From Candidatus Altimarinota bacterium (GTDB taxonomy: Bacteria; Patescibacteriota; Gracilibacteria; BD1-5; UBA2023): a stretch of 64,000 bases of DNA. The translations under genes and the position numbers were made by a program. Positions 55,683 through 64,000 of this stretch are shown here, one piece after another (the stretch's first letter is position 1; every line of letters begins with the position of its first letter). Below the pieces are notes generated by a model. That model made no database searches and was not told the DNA's origin. It worked only from the letters and a program-made list of their open reading frames with translations. The stretch is taken from positions 25,037-89,036 of the forward strand of contig JANJWP010000005.1 of the NCBI GenBank assembly GCA_024709505.1, read 5' to 3'.

Positions 55683-55860
55683 GGGATTCGGGATTCCGAA
55701 AAACCGCTCTCTATCGGCCTTCGAAAATTTTTGGAGGATGGCGAGCCGGAGCTCAGACCGTCGATTTCACGAAGGGCTGAGACGGGATGAACTCCGGCTC
55801 CCCATGCCGAAACCTTTCGATCGGCCTCAAAGGTCGCGGATTTCCGGAATTCCGAATCCC
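55683..55860. ncRNA. 178-nt rod-like structured element (6S-RNA-like candidate or repeat element)
   Basis: Terminal arms GGGATTCGGGATTCCG..CCGC and GCGG..CGGAATTCCGAATCCC, a central bubble, and an apical stem ATGGCGAGCCGGAGCTCA / TGAACTCCGGCTCCCCAT. Confidence 0.45.
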
Positions 55861-55874
55861 ATAACTCCCATACC

Positions 55875-56537
55875 ATGGCCGTAAAAATCGATCCCTCCTG
55901 GCACAAGGCGCTCGCGGCGGAATTCGAATCGTCCTATTTCGAAGAACTTTCCGCTTTCGTTAAAAGCGAGTATGTTTCAGGCGAATGTTTTCCGGCTCCA
56001 AAAAATATTTTTCGAGCCTTCGACCTCACTCCTTTTGAAAAAACGAAGGTCGTCATTCTCGGACAAGACCCCTACCATACCCCTGGTGCGGCCATGGGAC
56101 TCTCATTCTCCGTTCCTGACGGATCGAAAGCGCAGCCGAGCCTGCAGAACATTTTTAAAGAATTGAAGTCGGACCTTGGAATCGAACGCACAAAAACTGA
56201 CCTTACCGATTGGGCAGAGCAAGGCGTATTGCTTTTAAACAGCGTTCTGACCGTACGGAACGGCCAACCCGCATCCCATCGGAACAAAGGCTGGGAAGCG
56301 TTTACCGACGCCGCCATAAAAGCCCTTTCCACTGGTCGCGAACACCTCGTCTTCATCCTGTGGGGAAATTTCGCGATAGGAAAACTTCCGCTCATCGATG
56401 CTTCGAAACACGTTGTCATCAAGTCCCCGCACCCAAGCCCGTTCTCGGCCCATTCGGGATTCTTTGGATCGAAACCGTTCTCCAAAACGAATGCCGCGCT
56501 CGAAAAATGGCACGAAGTTCCGGTGCGTTGGGCATAA
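55875..56537 (+). CDS. ung: Uracil-DNA glycosylase (family 1)
   Basis: GQDPYH, GLSFS, GVLLLN and HPSP motifs. Confidence 0.96.
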   Translation: MAVKIDPSWHKALAAEFESSYFEELSAFVKSEYVSGECFPAPKNIFRAFDLTPFEKTKVVILGQDPYHTPGAAMGLSFSVPDGSKAQPSLQNIFKELKSDLGIERTKTDLTDWAEQGVLLLNSVLTVRNGQPASHRNKGWEAFTDAAIKALSTGREHLVFILWGNFAIGKLPLIDASKHVVIKSPHPSPFSAHSGFFGSKPFSKTNAALEKWHEVPVRWA

Positions 56538-56580
56538 AAAATCCCCCGATTCGGGGGATTTTTTAGAGCGGGAACGGCGG

Positions 56581-57264
56581 CTATGCTTCAATGCGGATTC
56601 CCGGACCCATCGCGTTGCAAACGTAAACGGTGTTGACATAGTTTCCCCCCTTCACGCCGGCCGGCTTGACGTCTTTAATGGTCTTAATGAAGAACTCGAG
56701 GTTTTCTTTGAGCTTGGCGGGACCGAAAGAAAGCTTTCCGATGACGGAGTGAACGTTTCCCTGCTTGTCGTTCTTGAATTCGAACTTACCGGCCATGAGT
56801 TCCTTAACGATGGCTACGAGGTCTTCTCCGACGGTTCCGGCCTTCGGATTCGGCATGAGCCCCTTCGGACCAAGAACCTTCGCGACCTTACCCATCTTCT
56901 TCATCATTCCGGGAGTAGCCACGGCGACGGAGAAGTCGATCTTTCCCTGGAGGACTTGGTCGATAAGGTCATCACCTCCGGCGACTGCGGCACCAAGGGC
57001 AAGGAGTTCCTTTTCGTTCCCTACGTCGGTAAAGGCACCGATTTTCGGAGCCTTACCCGTTCCGTTCGGAAGGGTAACGGTGGAGCGAACCATCTGATCG
57101 GCGTACTTCGGATCGATGGCGAGATTGAAGTGGATTTCCACCGTCGGATCGAATTTGACGGTGTTGGTGCGTTCAAGAAGCTCGACGGCTTCTTCAACGG
57201 TATAAACGCGGCCGGCTTCGATAAGGGCGGCGGCCTGCCGGTACTTCTTGCCGTATTTTTTCAT
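56581..57264 (-). CDS. rplA: 50S ribosomal protein L1
   Basis: KFDPTVE..L.IDP..ADQMVR..LPNGTG, LGPKGLMPNPKAGTV and MGPG. Confidence 0.97.
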   Translation of the reverse strand: MKKYGKKYRQAAALIEAGRVYTVEEAVELLERTNTVKFDPTVEIHFNLAIDPKYADQMVRSTVTLPNGTGKAPKIGAFTDVGNEKELLALGAAVAGGDDLIDQVLQGKIDFSVAVATPGMMKKMGKVAKVLGPKGLMPNPKAGTVGEDLVAIVKELMAGKFEFKNDKQGNVHSVIGKLSFGPAKLKENLEFFIKTIKDVKPAGVKGGNYVNTVYVCNAMGPGIRIEA

Positions 57265-57280
57265 AAGAAATGAAAGTAAC

Positions 57281-57312
57281 GTGGTAATAGCGCCCTTTTT
57301 CGGGGCTCCCAT
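57281..57312 (-). promoter_or_regulatory. L1-binding autoregulatory leader
   Basis: ATGG-GAG-CCC-CGAAAAA-GGG-CGCTATTA-CCAC matches the GGGAG...ACCAC L1-binding helix; promoter TTGCCC-16-TATACT (57354-57327). Confidence 0.7.
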
Positions 57313-57377
57313 GTTTGGGTGCGCGAAGTATATGGGAAAAGCTTTTTCGGGCAAATCGAAATGGCGATTTTCCAACG

Positions 57378-58319
57378 TTAGGGATTGTGTCCGGCGTTTC
57401 CGGAAAGTTCACGCATCATGTTCCGGGTTTTCGCCGAAGTATCGGCGGAGATTCCAAGAAACGACTTGCGAAAAGATTCCTTTGTCCGAAGGCTTTCCAA
57501 AGCCATTTTGGCGTCTTTGGAAGAAATCCCCCCCGATTCCACGAGTCATCGGATGGCGTTTTCGTCAATTCCGGAGGAGACCGGAAAAACGGTTCATTCG
57601 ATTCCTTCCTTGGAACGGATTTTGAGCGGACGGTCGAATTTGGGATCTTGGGCCTGTTTCGAATATGCCGAAGCGAGCGTCTTGGCGTGCTTCCGGTAGT
57701 CGGCATCCGAAACGCCCCCGAGCCGTTTCAATTCTAAAAATTCGGCAATCGTCACCGCTCCGGAGCCAACGTATTCCGAAATGGCCGCGGATGAGAACGG
57801 AAAGTGCTTCCTATCACCCATTTTAGCAGTCCGAAGCCGGCGGAGAAAGTCCATTCGGTTCTCGAAGAACCGGACTTCGTTCCAAAGTTCGAACGCTTCG
57901 GTTCCGAAGGATTCGAGGCGTTCCTCCGTTCCGTCCGAATTGAGGCGGAACCACGCATTTTTTCCGTTTTCCTTTTTTTCGGAAATTCCGGCCATGCGCA
58001 TCGACGAAACCGCGATGAACCGGGATTCGTCGGATTCGGCATCAAAGGCGATGAGTCCCGATATCGAAGCGATCATTTCGCCCTTTTCGTCAAAATACGC
58101 GTCCGGAACGTCTCCGCGAACCGAAAACGCATAGGCTTCGCGGTACGGAAGTCCCGATATCGCCGGATGGGAAAGCCGGATGGGAGAAACGTTCAGCGAT
58201 TCCGGAAGCGTGGAAATTCCGGAGTTTTCGCGAAGCGTTTTTGCGATCCGTCTCCGAACTTCCTTTGGAACGGATTCCGGATTTCCGGGCAAATCGGGCA
58301 AGAGAACGTCTTTAGGCAT
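57378..58319 (-). CDS. Hypothetical protein (~313 aa)
   Basis: Open through TGA 57594 and 57546 to TAA 57378; alternative start at 58343. Confidence 0.65.
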
Positions 58320-58330
58320 GGAAAAAAGGA

Positions 58331-61300
58331 TTATCTCGCTCATACGGCACGGTTCCACGCGGGATCGTTTTTCGCCTCGGGAACGATTTTGAATCCTCCG
58401 AAATGACCGAACGGATTGAGATGCGGGCGCAATCCCCTCTCGAATTCTTCGCGAATTGGCCCCACGTAGCTCCGCATGATGGCGGCATACTCGGCCTTGC
58501 TAACGCTCCGACTTCCGTCTTTGGAGTAATTTCGGATGAAGTCGGCAATCCTCTCGCTCGCGTATTGGTCAAACCATTTCATCTTCTCGCCCGCTAAAAT
58601 GGGTTTTCCTCCGGACCGCTCCGCCAGAAAATCCTCAAATTTCTTCGCCCCTTTTCCGAAGAGCGCTTCATCCGCCCGGAAAAAACCTTCTTTCCCGAAT
58701 TTTTTCAATTCCTGAAGCGCGAGCGAGCCGTTCAGTTGGTAGACGTTTTCGCCCTTTTTCGCAACCTTCGAAGCATCGAGGGCGTACATTCCTCCGGCAA
58801 TGGTCGCGGAAAGCGGATCGCTTGCGGCCGAATTGGTAAGTCCGCTTCCAAAAGAATGGTCGGTCCCCTTCCCCCCATTCACTGCCCGAATTCGGGAAAT
58901 GTCGAGTTCGCGGGATATTGAAACGATCTTCGAATAGTCTCCTTCGGAACCGAAATTCACCCCCTGGTACAACCCGTCTCTCGGAGATTGGATGAAATCG
59001 TATTCGGGTTTGACGTACTCTTTCCCGTTCAATCCGATGACGCCGAGACGCGGCCTGCTCGTTCCGTTAACGGTTTTCGTTACCTGGGTTTCAAAGAGTC
59101 CGGTTTTGGCGTCGAGGATTTGAATGGACGAATATGGAGCGTCGGGTCCGGGTTTCACGTAGTATCCGCCCTTTTCCGAGTTCAGTATTCCCCACTGTCC
59201 GTCCGCCGTTTTTACGCGGACGAACCCGTGCGCGGCGTCATCGGAGAAAACGGCATTGAACTGGGGTTCCGCAAACTGTTTGGTACGGACGTTGAAGTAT
59301 CCCTTGAGAACCTTTCCGTCCACTTCCCTCTGGAGGACGTACACGCTGTCAACGGTCGTCGGAAGAACCTTGATTTCATCGCGGCCCGGCACGCCCTTTC
59401 GCAGCAACGTTTCGAAAATGAGGTCTTTATGGCGGTGAAAAGCCGGAAACGTTTTCATCTGTTCGTCCGCGTTGGAGTCCGGAAATTTTTTCATCCGCTC
59501 CTCTATGCGGCGTTCCCGGAATTTTTGAAGGGCCGAGGCCGGATCTTCGGCGGCAATCCGCACCTTTACCCCTTCGAACGGACGCCCGTCACGGCCGATG
59601 ACGACCCATTCCTTTCGTCAATCGGGAAGGGTTTTCGTCATCGCCGCGGCAAATCCCTCGTCGGTAAAATGATCGACGAACTGGTAATTGAGTTTCCTCC
59701 GGGTTTTTTGCGCTCCTCCTTCGCCATCGGAGAGAACGAAACGTTCCGTCGTCCACGTTCCGTCCTTGTTGAATTTTCTCGAAACGCCAATGGCATGGCC
59801 TTCTTGCGGATCGGTGATGAAATCGTGTTGCGATACGACCTTGTACCTTAATCGTCCGTCGCGGCCGACTTTGGCGCCGGAAAGATCGATGACGCGGAAA
59901 ATTCCGTCACGGGATTGGACGACCTTCTTCGCGTCGCTCAAATGCCGGATGGACTGGAATTCCTCCTTGGGACTGAGAATCCATTTTCCCGCCCGGTCCA
60001 AGAGTCCGTAAGCGCCGTTTTCCGCGCGAACGACGGCGCCCCTCGCGGTAAAATGGGAGGCTTCCGGGAATTGGAGGATTTTTCCATCCGGTCCTTTAAG
60101 GAATTTTCCGTCCACATCAACGAAACGAAGGAGTTTTTGACCCGAAGCATCGGAAACCTCATGGAGCGCGAAGCCTCATTCGAAAACCAGTCCCTTGCGG
60201 AGATTTCTCGGCAAAACGTCGGACGCTCCCGAAACTCCGGTCACGCGGTCCATCAAATCGTTCCCCTTCGTTTTTGCGGATTCTTTGGCCGATAGCGCCG
60301 ATTCTTTGGTTTTGGCCAGAACTTCGAGCGTCCGATCCTTCGTGTCTCCAGCAATGCGGAGAATTTCCCCTTTCGACCTTTCGGCTACGGCCGAAGCCTT
60401 GGAAACAGCATCCGCAAGCTCGGGAAATGCCGCCTCGAGCTTAGCAAGCGCCGAAGCCAAACGGGACGGTCCTCCCGAAGAAGGAAACGCCAGTTTTAAA
60501 AGATCGAAGCGGTATTTTACCTCGGCGAGCGCGGCTTTCGTTCCGGAAGCCATTCCGGCCTTGGCATTCTCGGAGAGCCGGGAAAGCGATACGCGCAATG
60601 CCGTAACCATCCGTTCGTCAACGATGTCGTGAATCTTTCTCAAGCTGGAAAATTCGGCCCCGAGGGCATCCACGCGATTGGTAAACGTTTGTCCAAAGAA
60701 TTTTTCCCGGACGAACCGGTTCGCGGCCTTCGCCCGATCAGCCCCAAGATCAACCAAGTTCGTTGAATTGGCACGATCTATTTGACCGCGCCATCCGGTT
60801 TTTTCCGAAACGTATCCGCCGTTTTCAATGATTTCTTTGGCCTTCGACCGAATTCCTCCGGCATGGGGAAGTTTCGAAATGAGCGACGGGTCGTTTCCGG
60901 TGCGGATTGAGGCGACCATTCGGCCGAGTTCCTCGCCGTTCATTCCGTCGCGCATCCGAACGCGGTCGATCGTTCGGACGTACGCTTCAAGGCCATCCCA
61001 ATCACGAACGTCGGCGATGTTTTTTATTGCCCGCTTGGTGACCAAGGTTTCGGCGGCGGCATGGTTTTTCCGAATGCGGAGCGTATTGGACGAAAGCAGG
61101 TCTTTCGACATTCTGACGCCCACCAAAGCCGCAAGGACGGTTCCCGTAAGTTGTCCGATGTAGTTCGCCTGTTCGTTCGGGGGAAGCTTTTTCACCCGCT
61201 CGTATTCCTTGGAAAGGGTCTCCTTGAAGAGTTCGTAGAACTTTTCGGGTTTCGTGGCGTTCTGCTTGCAGAATTCGTATGCCCTCGAGGCTGATTCCGA

Positions 61301-62206
61301 CAAAGCCGCACGAACCTGCTCGTCGGTGGAAAGCTTGTAGGTCAAAATAATCGTTCCGAAAAACGCGTCGAACGCGCCCTGTCCCACGCCCTTGACGAAT
61401 TCGACGGCATTGCGCCCCATGTCCCCTTTGGTTTCCCAAAGAAATTCCGCCACGTCCTGAGTAATCCATTCGGGGCGTTCCAGCTTCGATCACAAAAGCG
61501 CCTCGAAACGGCGTTTTTGCGATTCGAGAACCCGGACTTCGGCGAATTCCGAGGGCGAAAGGTTTTCGGCGTCGATTTTCGGCCGCAAAACCTCCATCCG
61601 TTCGAAATAGATCCGGTTGAAATTTTGAGCGAGAAGCGAGGTTTTTTTTCGCACCGCGTCGATTTTCTCTTCGTATTTCGTGTCGCCCCCTTTTCCGCCG
61701 ATAGCATTGACGAGGGCGTCGGCAATTCGGTAGAGATCGTTGGTGCTTTCGTGGTATTCCCGGTTCACGTCGCGGACTTGCGATTCGAGCGTCGCGAGCT
61801 CGCGGGAAAACGGATCGGAAATGAGCGAGTCGATGCGGTTGAAAGCCTCCAAAACGGCATCGCGGCTCGAAACCGGCCTTCCGTCAACGACGGTGTTCGC
61901 TACCAATACGACGTCCTTTCCGTTCGTAGCGAAATACGCTTTGGATTCGGGTCCGGCATTGGTTCATCCAATTCCTTGCCGACGAAGAATGGCATTCAGT
62001 TGCTCGGCGGTCCGAGGGGCGTCGTTTCCTGCGGAAATCCCGTTTATGGCGCGGAGTTTTTGATTGATCCGGTAAAATTTCGCGAGGTCGGAACGAAGTC
62101 CGACGAGCGCTTCGGCGGACTTGGGATGTTGGTTTTTCGCGGTTTCAGGAGAATTCGCGACGGTTTCTTCGAGAATGAAATTCTTTTCCGGAGACAGTTT
62201 GGACAC
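58331..62206 (-). CDS. Giant protein (~1291 aa): helical N-terminal half plus WG-repeat-like beta repeats
   Basis: Five same-frame ORF pieces joined by TGA at 61964, 61490, 60176, 59618 and 58340; repeats YGLLDRAGKWILSP, WGILNSEKG and LGVIGLNGKEYVKPEYD; GTG start inferred. Confidence 0.8.
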
Positions 62207-62210
62207 GGGC

Positions 62211-62489
62211 TTATACGAAAACGGATTGCATGGAGGCGTCGGACGTTTCAACAAAACGTTCATGGCGTTCGATTTCCCGAAGGAGCCGGACGCTTTCTCG
62301 CGAAACTTCCGGAACGATTGCCAAGGCGGCCTCTTTCTCGGCGTTCAACACCGGCGAAAGGCATTCTTCCAAAAGCGGGAAAAAATCCGGAACGTCGCAC
62401 AAAATCGACAACGCCTCCTTTTCGGCGCTCGTAAAGAGGAAGCTCGCCTCAACGTCTTTTCGGAGGATGTTGGTTCTTTCGTGCGTCAT
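62211..62489 (-). CDS. Small hypothetical helical protein (92 aa)
   Basis: MTHERTNILRKDVEASFLFTSAEKE...; ends 4 bp before the giant ORF; promoter-like TTGCTT-17-TACTCT (62540-62512). Confidence 0.6.
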   Translation of the reverse strand: MTHERTNILRKDVEASFLFTSAEKEALSILCDVPDFFPLLEECLSPVLNAEKEAALAIVPEVSRESVRLLREIERHERFVETSDASMQSVFV

Positions 62490-62624
62490 CGGTTTTGGGT
62501 TTGCACCTTCGAGAGTACCACATAGCGCATTCCGAAGCAAAAAACCGCCCATTTTTTGAGCAGGTTTTTCTTAAAAAGATTTTTCTTATTTTGTCAATTG
62601 CCTCAGCGAACGAATCCGCAGAAA

Positions 62625-63473
62625 TTAGGAAATTCGGAAATACGTCCCGGCAGCGACGAGCGAAGTAACGGCAATCACGAGGAGAAGGTTCTTCTTTTCG
62701 GGACGTTCTCCCAAATAAAACCGACTGAAAATGAGCGTTGCGCCCATCGAGAAAAATCCGAGGAGCGTCGTCGTAACGATACCGAGTTTCGAAACGAGAG
62801 TGAAAGCGATGAGCGCGGAAATCGCGCCCAAAAACGAAGCTCAAAGCCGAGGGGCGAGATATTGGCGGTCGCCTTCGAAAAATTTTCCGTACTGTCGGAA
62901 ATAGAGAATAGGAAGAAACGCGAACGCGCTGATAATCAGAGCCCTGACGGAATAGAACGTCGGGCTCGTGAGCTGGACGAGGGCGTATCCGATCATGAGC
63001 GAACGGCCCGCCGATACGCCGTTGGCGAGAAGGATGAGGGAAAAATTCTTCGGAAATTGCCGGTTTTTAAAATCGAAGGTGGCAAAAAATATGAGCGCGA
63101 TGGTAAAAATCGCGATTGCGAGCGTTGCGACCGGAGTATCTCAAAAGAGGAAAAACGCCGCGATGAGGACAAGGATCGACGCCACGTTTTCAAACGGCAT
63201 GAGCGCCGTGAGCTTTTCTTCCTTATAAATCTTTTGCTGCAGGTATCCGATTTTCGCATTGGCATACGCATCTACCACGGGCAAGAGCAAAAACCATGAT
63301 TCCGGGGGCAGCCTGAAATTCCCGGTCGCGAGAATTCCCACCGACAAAAAGAAGGCTCAAACAACCCCAAGGGCGAAAAAAAGGTTTTCCGGGAGATTGG
63401 AGAGCGTCAGCGATTTTTTCCAAAATATCCCCGCAAGACTGCCGAGAAACGCGTTCAATACGCCCCAAAACAT
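62625..63473 (-). CDS. EamA/DMT-like ~10-TM transporter
   Basis: Hydrophobic duplicated halves ending FFLF*(G)D and FYLGE; TGA at 63357, 63141 and 62841. Confidence 0.7.
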
Positions 63474-63485
63474 ATCGCTTCGGGG

Positions 63486-64000
63486 TTAGAACTGCGAAAG
63501 GAAACGGACGTCGGCGTTTTGAAAGTGCCGCATGTCGGTGATTCCGTATTTGATCATCACTAGGCGGTTGAGGCCGAAACCGAAGGCGAAACCGGAATAC
63601 GCGTCCGGGTCAAGGCCTCCTTCGCGAAGGACGTTCGGGTGGATGAGTCCGGCACCCATGAATTCGATCCATCCGGATTTTTTACAGATTCGACATCCTT
63701 CGCCCGAGCAAAACGGGCAGGAGAAGTCAACTTCGACGCCCGGTTCGACGAACGGAAAGTATCCGGGGCGGAGACGGATGGAAACTTCACGGCCGAAAAG
63801 GTCGGAGAGCATGGTCCGGATGGCGTATTTGAGATTCGCCATCGAAATCCCCTTGTCCACGACGATGCCCTCGACCTGATAGAAGGTATTCTCGTGGGTG
63901 GCGTCGATATCTTCGTTCCGGAACACGCGACCCGGAATGATGACCCGGATCGGCGGGGATTTGGATTTGAGGATGACGTTCTGCATCGAGGACGTTTGGG
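63486..64000 (-). CDS. pheS: Phenylalanine--tRNA ligase alpha subunit (5' part outside the window)
   Basis: GRVFRNEDIDATH..FYQVEG, RPGYFPFVEP, GWIEF.GAG and GFAFGFGLNRL. Confidence 0.96.
   Translation of the reverse strand, partial: QTSSMQNVILKSKSPPIRVIIPGRVFRNEDIDATHENTFYQVEGIVVDKGISMANLKYAIRTMLSDLFGREVSIRLRPGYFPFVEPGVEVDFSCPFCSGEGCRICKKSGWIEFMGAGLIHPNVLREGGLDPDAYSGFAFGFGLNRLVMIKYGITDMRHFQNADVRFLSQF

Noticed and set aside
55683-55860. SRP RNA (ffs) next to recR
   Set aside because: It lacks the CAGG-N3-GNAA-N2-AGCAG domain IV motif on either strand.

Overview
This is a chromosomal window from a Patescibacteria/CPR bacterium, most likely Gracilibacteria (Absconditabacteria is the alternative). 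It uses genetic code 25. About 55-60 in-frame TGA codons (manual count) interrupt otherwise intact genes, many at invariant glycines (RNase HII DEAGR*PWF*PV, RsmG LDI*TGGGFPG, RecR LP*IG, PilB Walker A *PTGSGKS, YvcK I*GGTG, PAS ML*YSREELLG). Every reconstructed gene ends in TAA or TAG. The supplied code-11 ORF track therefore fragments many genes, and the coordinates below are rebuilt with TGA=Gly. Most of the content is housekeeping (ileS, truB, lepB, secA, tig, ftsA/ftsZ, dnaA, ribosomal proteins, glyS, obg, rsmG/H/I, recR, ung, pheS), envelope genes (LtaS-like, PBP1A, LCP, YvcK) and type IV pilus genes. Notable items: a family of long hairpins sharing a conserved loop motif, each directly upstream of a DNA-repair gene; a compact glycine T-box riboswitch before glyS; an RNase HII-QueH fusion; a histidine-phosphatase domain inside IleRS; a pilin-like adhesin ending in a probable DGR variable region, behind a T15 tract; a structured element bounded by a duplicated tRNA-Asn 3' end; proteins ending in ssrA-like tags; a paralogous small-protein family; and a 1291-aa WG-repeat protein. 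I saw no CRISPR array, rRNA, transposase, integrase or reverse transcriptase.
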